From: Andalucia godoyi And28
Lineage: Eukaryota; Protista; Jakobida
Reading direction: 5' to 3'
Assembly (NCBI GenBank): GCA_009859145.1
Contig: VRVR01000020.1
Coordinates: 115,035 to 179,034 of the forward strand
DNA length: 64,000 nucleotides
Shown piece after piece: positions 1-10,304 of this stretch. Below the pieces are notes generated by a model. The model had not been told where the DNA came from. It saw only the letters and a list, made by a program, of their open reading frames with translations, and ran no database searches. Both the position numbers and the translations under genes were made by a program. The stretch's first letter is position 1. Each line of letters opens with the position of its first letter.

Positions 1-589
1 CATCCGGTCTGCCTTTGAATGAGACACTCGAAGAAGCGGGAGCTGAAGAAGAACCTGCGGGAAACGAGGGAAGACTCGAAAACACAGCAAGCTGAGCTTC
101 CGTTACCTCCAAAAGTATTACGTCTGATCCATCCGCATCAAACCGGCCGCCATAGAAAAACTCGAATGCTTTGTTCTCCATGGCTTGTTGACTCCCCCGT
201 ACTGAATGTATCTGAATGTTCGAGTCTGGGAAAGAAAAAGAAGAAGACAAAAAAAAGAAAAGCAAAATAGACAAAAAGAGACAAGAAAAAGCAAACACGA
301 CAGTATCCAATGAAATAGACACACACACACACACACGCACATACGCACATGTACCGCTGCCACTTACTGCGGGAATGATGAAGCAATCAAAAGCGCACGT
401 AAACAAAAACACTGCCACTCGCCTTGCGCATGCGTTTGCTATCTTGGCAGCTCTGTCACACGATGCCCGATTCGTTTCGCCCCATTTTGATCATGAAATC
501 CCTATAAACACGCCGTCGCGTTGCATTCTCGCACACCGACGCTCATTTCTTTATTTTTATTGTCCATGCAACGCAGCATCTATCCTAGG

Positions 590-668
590 AACGTATCTCA
601 TGCCGAGGGGCGTGTTGGGGCCTTACCCCCTTCCCACTCATGCTACGCATGTTGTTGGGTTGCAACAT
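590..668 (+). mobile_element. Probable highly degenerate right end of the IS607/Fanzor2 element family
   Basis: GGCGTGTTGGGGCCT (609-623) is identical to 11120-11134. It is followed by TACCCCCTTCC (vs ATCCCCTTCC) and TACGCATGTT (vs TATGCATGTT). Confidence 0.5.
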
Positions 669-707
669 TGATTATGGGTGATCAGCGGTGATTATGGGTG
701 ATCAGCG
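669..707. repeat. Direct tandem duplication of TGATTATGGGTGATCAGCG (2 copies, period 20)
   Basis: Read directly at 669-687 and 689-707. Confidence 0.95.
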
Positions 708-1173
708 ATAATTATCCGTGGATAGGGTACAATGTAAGCGCACGCAATGAGTCCGCCGCGCCAAAATCGGAGGATTTTTTGTTGGCACTTTCAAAGGAAA
801 GCAAAACAAAGAGCCGTGCATCCCGATCGACCCGTGTCGACAAAAACCCGCAAGTCGCCAATCGAGGTGGTGACACCTGGCAAGTCTGACAAACATGACA
901 CATACACACGCATCCCTTGTCTTCTCAGTATGACGACGGGCTCTCTGTCTTTCTCTCGCAGCCTTTCTCTGTTTGCAAATCGCACCAAGACACAAACCCT
1001 CCGACTTTTCCTGCTTTGTTTCAACTCAGGCTCGCTTGCTTTCCCTATTTCTCTTTATATTATTTTATAATTTTTTTTTTAGTAAATTTAATTTGCCCAT
1101 CTTTATAGAATTTGCTCTTCTTCTTTTTTTCTTATTTGTTTGTTTTGTACGTTAACGCATTTGTGTTGCAGCG

Positions 1174-2067
1174 ATGAGATTTTCTCGGTGCATTGCGCTT
1201 GCACTTCTGGGTCTTCTTGTGCTTTCGCTCGTTCCGCGAGTGTATACGCAGCAGCCGACGGACGCTTCTGATGATGATGTGGAAGTGTATGATGAAGACG
1301 ATGAGTCGGGGACTGCAGGAGGCGCAGCTGGCGTCGATGGCGAGTTCAGCGAAGAACAGATCAAGGCACAGCTTGCGGCTCTGCAGCAGCGGTCTTTGCT
1401 TCGGTTTCGCACGTTGATTCCGATGCATGCGGACCTGAAGTTCCCTGTTTCCGAGGTTTTTGATATTTTGGTTGGAGCATTCAATGTGCATTCTACTGCA
1501 GTGAACATCTCGGTTCTCCGCGCTCAGCTGATGCCCGCATATGACCTCTCGACTCCTCTTTACAACTTCTCTGCCATTGCATACAACGATGTTGTCCAGC
1601 CTGGTGAGCACACTGCGCTCATGTACAAGTTGCGCATCGACCCGTACTTTGACCCGCGTGAATACGGTCTTGTTGTCCAGGCGTTCTATGAGGACACCGA
1701 GGGACAGCGGTTCATGTCGACGGTTTTCAACTCGACGATCACTGCCGTAGATGCAGCACCCGCATACGAAGCCGACAAGCTGGTTTCTTCCATTCTTGCA
1801 TACTCTGTGATTGGTGCTGCTGTTTATCTGGTTGTGAATGCGCTGTGGGAACCGTCTGTCAAGGCTCTCATCACGCAAGAAAGAAAGAAGAAATCCGCAG
1901 ACACAAAGAAGAGCGCCGCCGCGATCGAAAAGGAAGAAGCACTCGCAGCCGTTGTCTTACCGGAAAACGTCAAGAGAGACTTCCTGCCCGAGCATGTTCT
2001 TCGCGATCTCTCCAAGCGATCCGGAACGACTTCCCCAACAAAGAGAGCTCCGTCGCCAAAGAAGTAA
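1174..2067 (+). CDS. SSR1: Translocon-associated protein alpha (TRAP-alpha)
   Basis: Signal peptide, acidic N-terminal stretch, luminal beta domain (LYNFSAIAYNDVVQPGEHTALMYKLRIDPYFDPREYGLVVQAFYED...FNSTIT), one TM helix and a basic tail. Confidence 0.85.
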   Translation: MRFSRCIALALLGLLVLSLVPRVYTQQPTDASDDDVEVYDEDDESGTAGGAAGVDGEFSEEQIKAQLAALQQRSLLRFRTLIPMHADLKFPVSEVFDILVGAFNVHSTAVNISVLRAQLMPAYDLSTPLYNFSAIAYNDVVQPGEHTALMYKLRIDPYFDPREYGLVVQAFYEDTEGQRFMSTVFNSTITAVDAAPAYEADKLVSSILAYSVIGAAVYLVVNALWEPSVKALITQERKKKSADTKKSAAAIEKEEALAAVVLPENVKRDFLPEHVLRDLSKRSGTTSPTKRAPSPKK

Positions 2068-2335
2068 CGTTTCCAAAAATGAGCTCCTGGACTGTTTTTC
2101 TTCTCCTTGTTCTTGTGCAGAAGGCTTTTGTGGTCCACAATACTATGTTGATAGGATGAGTATTGAGTATGATGATGACAATAGTAAAATAATCAACAAC
2201 AACAACAATAACAATTATTATTATTATAAAAGAAGAGCAAGGAGGACAGCATCAAAGGACTTCTTAGAAGACTCAAGAGAGAATACAACCGCCAAAGTCT
2301 GCATGGATTTTTTGCGTTTGCGTTTTTTTTTCCGT

Positions 2336-2337
<2 letters not shown>

Positions 2338-2408
<71 letters not shown>
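2338..2408. repeat. (CT)n microsatellite, about 35 units
   Basis: Read directly. Confidence 0.98.
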
Positions 2409-2412
<4 letters not shown>

Positions 2413-2486
2413 TTTTTTATTGATTCTAATTAATATTATTTATTGCTACTGGTACTGGGTTAGTTCTGCAACAGCGAGGTACTGGG

Positions 2487-3713
2487 ATGGAGAGAAAAGA
2501 ATACGGAAATGGGCAAGTTGCGTACCAGTTCTTTTCGGACGGAACGGGGACTGTGTATTATCCCGATGGCCAAATTGCCATCAGTCTGACGCCGTGCTCC
2601 GATGGTATTTTGACGCATATTTTTAATTCCAGCTCCAGCGGTAGCGGCAATCCGAGTCTTTCACACAGTCAGAGACTGCGGCATCCGCTTTCCCGTGGTT
2701 CATCCAGCACACACTCAGGGCAGCCAGGCGCAGGCGCGGGACTTCCGCTTGGATCTCTGGATATTCACATGCGCGGTGTTCTTCTCGACCCGACTTCAAA
2801 ACCGCCGCATTCTTCTTTGAAACTGCTCCCTGGATCCGAAGCTATTCTAAACGAGTATCTGTCGGCTTCTGCTCACGATGACGGGAAAATCTCGTTGCGG
2901 TACAAAGCAGAAGGGATCGTTCTTACGCTGCCCAGACCGTATATATCTAAGGCGAAAATGAGCACAGCCGGCTCGCCGTTGCCGTCTCCGGCTGCCAATC
3001 GTGAACTGAACGGGCAGCTGCGGGAAATCGAGCGATCTCTTCGGATGTGCACAGAGACATTTTCGCAGAGTTTGCAGTCTCCTATGGCGCTGAAATCGCA
3101 CAAGGACGATCCCCTCAATGCAACGATTGATGTCACCAAGAACGCGCCGCTGAGGCTTTCAAAAACAGTGAGGCAGGCAAGTGGCAGATACAAGGCTCCG
3201 GTGATTCTCAGGTCGGATTCAACAAAGGTAGCGCTCAGGACGTTGTCCCATGTGTCCTACGATTCGACGATTGCTGAGGTGAGCAAAGAAAAGCCGCTGA
3301 TGGTGTGCTGCTGGGCGTCGTGGATTCCACGGGCGTGTGTGTATGAACGAGTGTGGGAAGAGGCAAATGGAGTTCCTGGATATCAGATTATGAAGTATGA
3401 CATGAGCGAGTCAGGATTCCTCAGAGAACGGCACAACGTCAGAATGCTCCCTGCGTTTCTCATTTATCACAAAGGAAAACTGGTGTTTGCGAATCATACA
3501 TTCGATACGCTGAGTGCAACTGTGGACATTACGCGTGATTCCAAACCTTATAGAAAAGCAATGTTGGAACAGCTGGATGCCGCCGCCAATTTGGCCCCTT
3601 TGCCTGAGAAGTTTCGTTTTCGATCCGACATCGATGGTTCCCTGGATTCCGCGATGAGAAACATTGAACAACGATTGACGGGCTCCAATTTCAAATCGTT
3701 CCAAAGGCGATGA
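2487..3713 (+). CDS. FAM194/ERICH6-like N-terminal domain plus C-terminal thioredoxin-like fold
   Basis: The N-terminus YGNGQVAYQFFSDGTGTVYYPDGQIAI matches the FAM194 motif. The C-terminus KPLMVCCWASWIPRAC...MKYDMSESGFLRERHNVRMLPAFLIYHKGKLVF has a thioredoxin-like pattern. The true start may lie further upstream. Confidence 0.65.
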   Translation: MERKEYGNGQVAYQFFSDGTGTVYYPDGQIAISLTPCSDGILTHIFNSSSSGSGNPSLSHSQRLRHPLSRGSSSTHSGQPGAGAGLPLGSLDIHMRGVLLDPTSKPPHSSLKLLPGSEAILNEYLSASAHDDGKISLRYKAEGIVLTLPRPYISKAKMSTAGSPLPSPAANRELNGQLREIERSLRMCTETFSQSLQSPMALKSHKDDPLNATIDVTKNAPLRLSKTVRQASGRYKAPVILRSDSTKVALRTLSHVSYDSTIAEVSKEKPLMVCCWASWIPRACVYERVWEEANGVPGYQIMKYDMSESGFLRERHNVRMLPAFLIYHKGKLVFANHTFDTLSATVDITRDSKPYRKAMLEQLDAAANLAPLPEKFRFRSDIDGSLDSAMRNIEQRLTGSNFKSFQRR

Positions 3714-3802
3714 TGTATAAAGGCTGATAAGATCATTTTTCATCCCCCGTGCCTGCGTTGTATGGATCATGGATTTCCCCATGAACTAGTAATAATGGCA
3801 GA

Positions 3803-4228
3803 TCACTCCGCGAAGAATCTGCGTTTTAAGCGAAGGTTAGAATCAAGAAGCATCTCGCGAGACGAAGTCGGCACCGTTCTCGTGGTGTCGTCCAGAACAG
3901 ACCCCGAAACATCGCTGACGACGCACACTGCATAATGATGCTGCGCAAGCGGTTGCGAGGCACCAGATGCATCTGGTGAACCTGCAGACTGGAAAATCGG
4001 AGTGGCTTGAAATGACTCAAATCGGTGAGACACTCTCGAAAACTCTTGCGGCTGGTCTGACGGAGAAGCTGCTGGTGAGGCTTGTTTGGGGTCTGAAGAG
4101 GCAAGCAGTTGGACCTCCGACTTGTTGGACGCCTGTGCCTGGTCCTGTTGGCAGCAATAATAATAATAATACCATCCTCCACCAGCAATAGACATTCCGC
4201 AAACCGCACGAAGCAGGAATCGAGGCAT
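3803..4228 (-). CDS. Hypothetical protein (141 aa), may not be a real gene
   Basis: ATG-initiated ORF filling an otherwise empty interval; no recognisable domain. Confidence 0.3.
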   Translation of the reverse strand: MPRFLLRAVCGMSIAGGGWYYYYYCCQQDQAQASNKSEVQLLASSDPKQASPAASPSDQPQEFSRVSHRFESFQATPIFQSAGSPDASGASQPLAQHHYAVCVVSDVSGSVLDDTTRTVPTSSREMLLDSNLRLKRRFFAE

Positions 4229-4417
4229 CGTCGAATGTGTTCTTGTTTCCTGCTAGCCGATAGTCAGTGCCCAAATGAAGAAGAAAAGAGATGATGATGA
4301 CAATGATGGCGATGGCAAAGAAGAAAAATGGAATGGGAAGGAGAACAGAACTTTTGTTTTTACGGATAGTCATCGCTCGCCAAAGACATGAATCATCATG
4401 GATCATCGGCTAAGCTG

Positions 4418-4918
4418 TCCCCGAAGATAGATCCAAACCACATGTTTTTTTCGGGGGGTTTTTTAATTTAAATTATTCGGGGCAAGCACCAGCTCTTCAA
4501 TGCAGATTGCTCTGCAGTCAAAGAGTCATCGCAGCCAACATATTACCCAATCGATTCAACATTCGAAAGATGAGCATTGGAGGAAACAGAATGTGGTCGG
4601 CGGCGTTGCGCATTGCGTCTGACGACGCTTTTGCCCTTGCTTCTTCTTGTTCTCTGACTTGAAAAAGCGCATTCCGAACGCAAATCGATCGCATCTTCGT
4701 GATTTGATGATCCTCAGCTTGCTCAGCAAGTTGCGACGAGGGGGGAATCAACGGATTTCTTGGTTCTCGGTATCTTCGGGCATGGTCGATTTGCGTTTGT
4801 TGGGAAGATCCCTCTTTGGAGCCATGAGATGATTTGTCTTTGTCCCTGATGAAAGGTGCTGCTTGAGGGTTTTGATTATTAAAATAACCCAAACAAACAG
4901 AAAATAATAATAGAAAGA
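4418..4918 (-). repeat. 501-bp repeat, copy A (inverted duplicate of 30388-30888)
   Basis: The reverse complement matches 30388-30888 with no difference found. The ORF track gives identical 124-aa and 61-aa translations for both copies. Confidence 0.95.
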
Positions 4919-5050
4919 GAAAAAAGCAAAGAATGAAAAAATTCTGGATAAGAAAAATCTTTGTGCTGGTGAAAAAAGCTTCCGGTGTGATATTGTCTGA
5001 TGTTCAACGTTGATACACAAAACGGTCAGCCGTCACCCAGTATCGGTGTT

Positions 5051-7114
5051 TTAATCGTCATATCGTCTGCGCTTGCCTCGTGGACCGTCATCGTCATCCT
5101 CGTCATCTCTGGATCGCTTTCCAAAGCGCCGTCCGTCATCCAAGTCTCTTCTTCTATTATCAAAGTCGCGATTGCGATCCTCGTACGCACGCCCACCTCG
5201 GCCCCGGTTCTCAGGACGTCCATGTCCGAACCGCGAACGCTCTGCACCCGCCATCGGATCCACTTGGCGGCCGACCATGCCGGCAGCAGCTGTTTCTTCT
5301 TCGTCGAGTGCATGGTAGCGAAGACCGACAGCTTTGGGGGTTACTACGCACATGGCATCTTTGACACGAGCAACTTTCTCGGGGGAAGGGTTCCACTTCT
5401 CAAACCCAGCTTCGTTCTGCAACCAAAAGACATGCGTGCCAGAACGATTGGGAAGGATGCGCTCTTCAATAGAAGCACGATGTTGGAAGCCGTTCACAGA
5501 AGAGTAAGTCAGCGGTAGTGCGACAAAGTCAGCACGCTTGAAAGGAGAGGCTTCCAACATTTGCAAAGTCTTGAACGGAGGATCAAGCCATTCAGGGACA
5601 AACACAATAAATGAAATTGGCTCTGACGTCGCCGAAATTAAAGACTCCATGTGCTGAACTGCTCCTTCCATAACATCCTCTGCATACGGAGGATGAACTT
5701 GGAAAGATCCGCGAGTGGGGCGAAAATTGAAAAAAGAACCCAAAGACCCAAATGCTGCGTCGGTGTCAAGAAACAGGGAGCAATAGGAAGGAAGGTATGA
5801 GTTCAACGGAGAAGCGAAGCACTCCACGGAAACTTCAAAGTGCTCGACAAGCGATCGGAACGTCTCAGGAGTAATGGAATTCTGGAACCCAGCTCCTTCG
5901 AATTCTTGGAAGCCAAACCAGGAGCGGTAACGTCGAAGAAGCAGCCACACTCGAGTTGCACAGTCGTTGAGATCCGCGGCTGCATTGTTCCGCAGATACA
6001 AAAATTGCAACTTTTTCCAAAAAGCACGATTTAAAGTGGCCTCATCCTCACCACCTCCGTAAGACAGCCGCAAGATGTCCACGGTGTGGTCATTCGTGTC
6101 CACGTCAACGGGCTTCGTTTCCGAAGCCGCAGCATCCTTGCAAAAACCATTCAACCAAGATGCAGCTATGTCAGCATCCTCGATGACTTCGCGAATGAGT
6201 TTCTTGACAGGCTCTTCCAAGCACTTGCGAGCATACGGAATCATAGCCTCTCGAACCTCCGCCATCTTGTTGTGGAGATCCGAAGTCTGCACTTGCGCTG
6301 CTGAATCGCGAGCCCACTCCAAAGCATCTCCCAATATTTTCTGCAAGTTTGCAAGTTCTGCAGTCGAAACCAGAGAGCGTCGGTCCTCAGGCTCCATCAT
6401 TTTCTTGCAAGTCTGGATCATCTCCTCTAAAACATGCTTGCCATCACGAACATTCGTGAACCTGCGCGGCTTTGCGGGAACTCCAGATAACAACTGAAAC
6501 TCCAGCGCATAAGAAGAAATGCCAGCAGCTCCCATGAGACATGGGATGATTGGATCCTTGTCAAGCGCACCGGGAACCATGCAGCGTTCATGCAAGAAAC
6601 GGTTATACGAATCACGGGGAGGGGCTGAACCAAGTCGATTGCGGCACCACGACTCAAAATCCGTCCGCAAATCATGCAGTCTGGACGCCCTCTTCATTTC
6701 CATAAGCCCGGATGGAGGAAGAACGGGCTGCGGGACTTCAATGCCCAGCAATGCCGCAAGATCGCACGGTGGAGAAAGATCCCACATTGGAGTTGGAAGA
6801 TTCCCCGCAACATATGCGATATCGCATTTGTCAAAGGAAACCACTTTCTGACGGACCTCCGCTGGGACACGCTCGTTGCGAGCTGAAGAAGCCGAAGACG
6901 GCAAAGACGAAGAACCACCGGAAGAGCGTGAGAAAGACCGGTCTTTAAGCGAGGCTGACGATGAAGAAACCGGGGCAGCAGCAGCTGCTGCTGCTGCTGC
7001 TGGCAATTCTTCCTCCCATTTCGACTCTTCCGTAACCGGATTGTACAGATAACTGCGGTTCCAAGTCTTTGACCATCTAGCCTCCCAGCCCGGAGGAATC
7101 TTTGACGGATCCAT
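5051..7114 (-). CDS. PCIF1: PCIF1/CAPAM cap-specific adenosine N6-methyltransferase homolog with N-terminal WW domain
   Basis: WW domain (PPGWEARWSKTWNRSYLYNPVTEESKWE) and methyltransferase motifs ECFASPLN, DTDAAFGSLGSF, GSFQVHPPY, LSFIVFVPEW-like. First ATG is at 7114. Confidence 0.9.
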   Translation of the reverse strand: MDPSKIPPGWEARWSKTWNRSYLYNPVTEESKWEEELPAAAAAAAAAPVSSSSASLKDRSFSRSSGGSSSLPSSASSARNERVPAEVRQKVVSFDKCDIAYVAGNLPTPMWDLSPPCDLAALLGIEVPQPVLPPSGLMEMKRASRLHDLRTDFESWCRNRLGSAPPRDSYNRFLHERCMVPGALDKDPIIPCLMGAAGISSYALEFQLLSGVPAKPRRFTNVRDGKHVLEEMIQTCKKMMEPEDRRSLVSTAELANLQKILGDALEWARDSAAQVQTSDLHNKMAEVREAMIPYARKCLEEPVKKLIREVIEDADIAASWLNGFCKDAAASETKPVDVDTNDHTVDILRLSYGGGEDEATLNRAFWKKLQFLYLRNNAAADLNDCATRVWLLLRRYRSWFGFQEFEGAGFQNSITPETFRSLVEHFEVSVECFASPLNSYLPSYCSLFLDTDAAFGSLGSFFNFRPTRGSFQVHPPYAEDVMEGAVQHMESLISATSEPISFIVFVPEWLDPPFKTLQMLEASPFKRADFVALPLTYSSVNGFQHRASIEERILPNRSGTHVFWLQNEAGFEKWNPSPEKVARVKDAMCVVTPKAVGLRYHALDEEETAAAGMVGRQVDPMAGAERSRFGHGRPENRGRGGRAYEDRNRDFDNRRRDLDDGRRFGKRSRDDEDDDDGPRGKRRRYDD

Positions 7115-7482
7115 AAGTCTCTTTGTCAAACAGGAATGCGACAAACGACAGAGAAACGAAGTAAGAGAAAATATGCAGCAGATGCAGCAAAAGGGCCCAC
7201 AAAGAAAACAAGCACAGGAAAGGCCTGCTCGCTGCAGTCCATGAACTCGTAGGCTGTTGTCTCAAGTGATGCTGTCGTGGTCCGATATTTTTTATATTGC
7301 TTCTACCAAACAAACAAAAAAGGCGTCAGGTTCAAGCGTCTTCTCGCCAACAGGCTCGGACTTGACAGGTTTCTCGACTTCTCCGGTCTTGCCCTCCGCA
7401 GTTGCGTCTTTCTTCCACAGCCGAGAACGCCCAGGACAAGGGAAAAAGCGAAGGGGATAAGGATTTAAATTAAAAAAGAAGG

Positions 7483-9024
7483 ATGAGCGCGCCGATTCTC
7501 AAACTTCCAGCCAGCACGGGTCTGTTCATCAACAATGAGTTCGTGCGGTGCAAGAAAGGAGATCAAATTGCAGTCGTGGATCCTGCAACCGAAGCAGTTA
7601 TGACTCGTGTGGACGAAGCAGGTCCCGAGGACATAGATGCCGCAGTTCTTTCTGCGCGTCGTGCATTTGACGATCCAAACAGCGAATGGAACAGGATCAC
7701 CGCAACTCAACGTGGCCGCTTGATTTATCGACTTGCGGATGCAATTGAACGCCGGTTCAAGGAATTCCAGGCTGTGGAATCCGCAACGTCCGGAAAGGCT
7801 TTTGCAGAAGCAGAGTATGATGTGAATGCGACTTTGAACGGACTGCGGTACTATGCTGGATTCGCAGACAAGATCCATGGAAAGGTCATTCCAGTGGACG
7901 CAGAAAGTACCCTGTGCTATACACGACGAGAAGCAATCGGGGTTTGTGCGCTGATTGTTCCCTGGAACTTCAATCTGATGATTTCTGTGGGCTGGAAAAC
8001 TGCGTGCGCACTAGCTACTGGCAATGTCGTTATCCTGAAGCCGGCTGAGCAGACGCCACTGACGGCGCTGCTTGTCGCCGAGTGTGTGAAGGAAGTTGGG
8101 TTCCCCCCGGGTGTGTTCCAAGTGTTGAACGGCCGTGGCGCAGTGACTGGAGACGGGCTTGTTCGGCATGCAGGAGTCGACAAGGTTGCCTTCACTGGAA
8201 GCACCGAGGTGGGCAAGTACATCACTCGTGCTGCTGCAGATACTTTGAAGAAAGTCTCTCTGGAATGTATGTTGTTTTGTTCTTGTTGTTGTTTATGTTT
8301 TCGTTCTAGTTTTTACTAATTTTCTTCGCATACAATAGTGGGTGGCAAGTCTCCAAACATCATTTTTGAGTCCGCGGACATTGATGCTGCTGTTGAATGG
8401 TCCTTCATGGGGACGTTTCTCAATAACGGCCAATGCTGCTGTGCTGGAACTCGTGTTTACGTCCAGCGTTCGATTTTCGACAAGTTTGTGCAGAAAATTG
8501 TCGATATTGCAGAGAAGAAGAAACTCGGGCCTCCATTGCAGCCGGGAGTTGATTACGGTCCACTCGTTTCGAAAGAGCAGTTTGACAAGGTTATGTCGTA
8601 CATTGAATACGCAAAGAATGACACGAATTGCAAGATCTTGGCCGGTGGTCGACGCGAAGGGACTCGTGGCTTCTTTGTCAGGCCAACAGTCGTTCATTGC
8701 TTAACGGACACCACAAAAGTAGGTCGTGAAGAAATTTTTGGTCCTGTCATGGCCGTGTTTTGCTTTGACACGGAAGAAGAGGCAATCCACAGAGCAAATG
8801 ATTCGTCGTACGGCTTGGCGTCCTCAGTCTTCACCAAGGACCATTCGCAAGCGCTGCGCGTCTCAAGCAGGCTCCGAGCCGGAACAGTCTGGATCAACAA
8901 TTACAACATTGTTCCCGTGCAAGCGCCTTTTGGCGGCTTCAAGGAATCTGGAAGTGGCCGTGATCTCTCAAAGTATGCCATCGAGGGATGGACACAGACG
9001 AAGTCGGTAATATCCCGGATGTAA
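7483..9024 (+). CDS. ALDH: Aldehyde dehydrogenase (ALDH1/2 type), two exons: 7483-8266 and 8339-9024 (489 aa)
   Basis: Motifs PWNF, KPAEQTP, FTGSTEVG and GQCCCAG (catalytic Cys), and EEIFGPV. Splicing restores the conserved LELGGKSP. Confidence 0.95.
8267..8338 (+). other. 72-nt spliceosomal intron in ALDH (GTATGT ... TACTAAT ... TAG)
   Basis: Removing it joins GAA T|TG GGT GGC AAG to give ELGGK. The branch-point-like TACTAAT is at 8314-8320. Confidence 0.92.
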
Positions 9025-9182
9025 GACATTCGTCTGCTCCTTTGTTTGTTCGTTTGTTTGTTTTTTTCCTCCTTCCCGATACTATCCGCTGCAGGCAAAG
9101 TGATCTGCCGTGGCATTCGCATTATTTAGCAATGGTAATAAAAAGTTGGATCCCCGTCGATATTTCGCGCATTCCTGTCTCT

Positions 9183-10304
9183 TCATTCTTCAGGCTCTCT
9201 TTCAGGCTGATTTCGGTACCGAAATTCTTCAAATTCCGGCTCAACGCTGTCGTCTTCGAGCGCTTGGAAAGTACGCATCTCCAAATTGTCTTCACTGTCA
9301 GCAAGCCCATCGTGTTTGAAAGACTCTTCGATGTGCACGGGAGTCTCTTTGGACTTGGCATACAGCACTAGCGCAAGTCCAGACAAAATTAAGACACCAC
9401 CAATAAGATCACTGATCAAAGGGGTCCCTCCAAACGCAATCCACGACGCACACGTAGCAAAAATGGGTTGCAGTGGTTGGAAAGAGGACACGAAAAGAGG
9501 GGAGCTACGCTTGAGGGCAACACTGAACAGGATGTATCCAATCGTGGAGCCAACAAAAACCGCAAATAGAATCGTTCCCCAAACAATCAGCGGCATCGTG
9601 GAAAGCGCGACTCCGAGATCCATTCCAGGCTCGACGAACAGGACATCGATCCCCAAGAAGATTGAAATAAACAAACATCCGTACACAAAGAAATTCGCAT
9701 TCACGCTCAGAACAGGCATGTGCGCCGAAACAGACTTTTGAAGGAAAACACTCCAAACGTTCAAAATGATTGTGGAAAAGCACAGCGTTGCACCCAAAGG
9801 CACATTTCTCCCTTCTGATGGAGAGTTTGCGTTATTGTCAGAAAAGAACGGGCGCAGCAGAATCACCACAAAGCATCCTACGACAGTACACAATATCCCA
9901 ACGCCTTTGATCCAGGTAAACCGCTCTTTCTTCGTCAATATTGCGACGAATGACACCAGAGCCGGAGTGGTTGGCACAGCCAATGCAGCAATAATCGCAT
10001 TGGAGAAGTACAGCCCAACGAGAAACATCAGCTGACTTCCCGATCCTGTGATCAGTCCAAGCAATATCAAATCCTTGATGCACCGTCGCGGAGGAATGAT
10101 TCTTTTCTTATCAAACACTGCTGCAAGAACACCCATTGGAACAATAGACATCCAGATACGCAGAGCAACAAAGAGCACGGGATACTCGTAGCCTTTCAGT
10201 GCGATCGACGACAATACATAATAAATAGCCCAAATCAGTTGGTTGAACACCAGCAGCACGGAAGACAATATAATATCCCTTCGTTGCAAACAAAAAGCAT
10301 TCAT
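9183..10304 (-). CDS. EamA/DMT-superfamily (WAT1-like) membrane transporter
   Basis: About 10 TM helices in two repeats, with motifs KKERFTWIKGVGIL and LQPIFAT. The likely start is MNAF at 10304. Confidence 0.85.
   Translation of the reverse strand: MNAFCLQRRDIILSSVLLVFNQLIWAIYYVLSSIALKGYEYPVLFVALRIWMSIVPMGVLAAVFDKKRIIPPRRCIKDLILLGLITGSGSQLMFLVGLYFSNAIIAALAVPTTPALVSFVAILTKKERFTWIKGVGILCTVVGCFVVILLRPFFSDNNANSPSEGRNVPLGATLCFSTIILNVWSVFLQKSVSAHMPVLSVNANFFVYGCLFISIFLGIDVLFVEPGMDLGVALSTMPLIVWGTILFAVFVGSTIGYILFSVALKRSSPLFVSSFQPLQPIFATCASWIAFGGTPLISDLIGGVLILSGLALVLYAKSKETPVHIEESFKHDGLADSEDNLEMRTFQALEDDSVEPEFEEFRYRNQPEREPEE

Noticed and set aside
19-1155. Numerous short ORFs before SSR1
   Set aside because: They derive from microsatellites or low-complexity sequence (AC and T-rich runs) and show no domain signal. 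The KNTATRLAHAFAIL stretch near 400-450 vaguely recalls TnpB but is too weak to call.
4518-4892. 124-aa ORF in the duplicated segment (also 30414-30788)
   Set aside because: It starts at a non-ATG codon, the first in-frame ATG gives only 58 aa, and no homology is recognisable. Identity between the copies reflects DNA duplication, not coding constraint.
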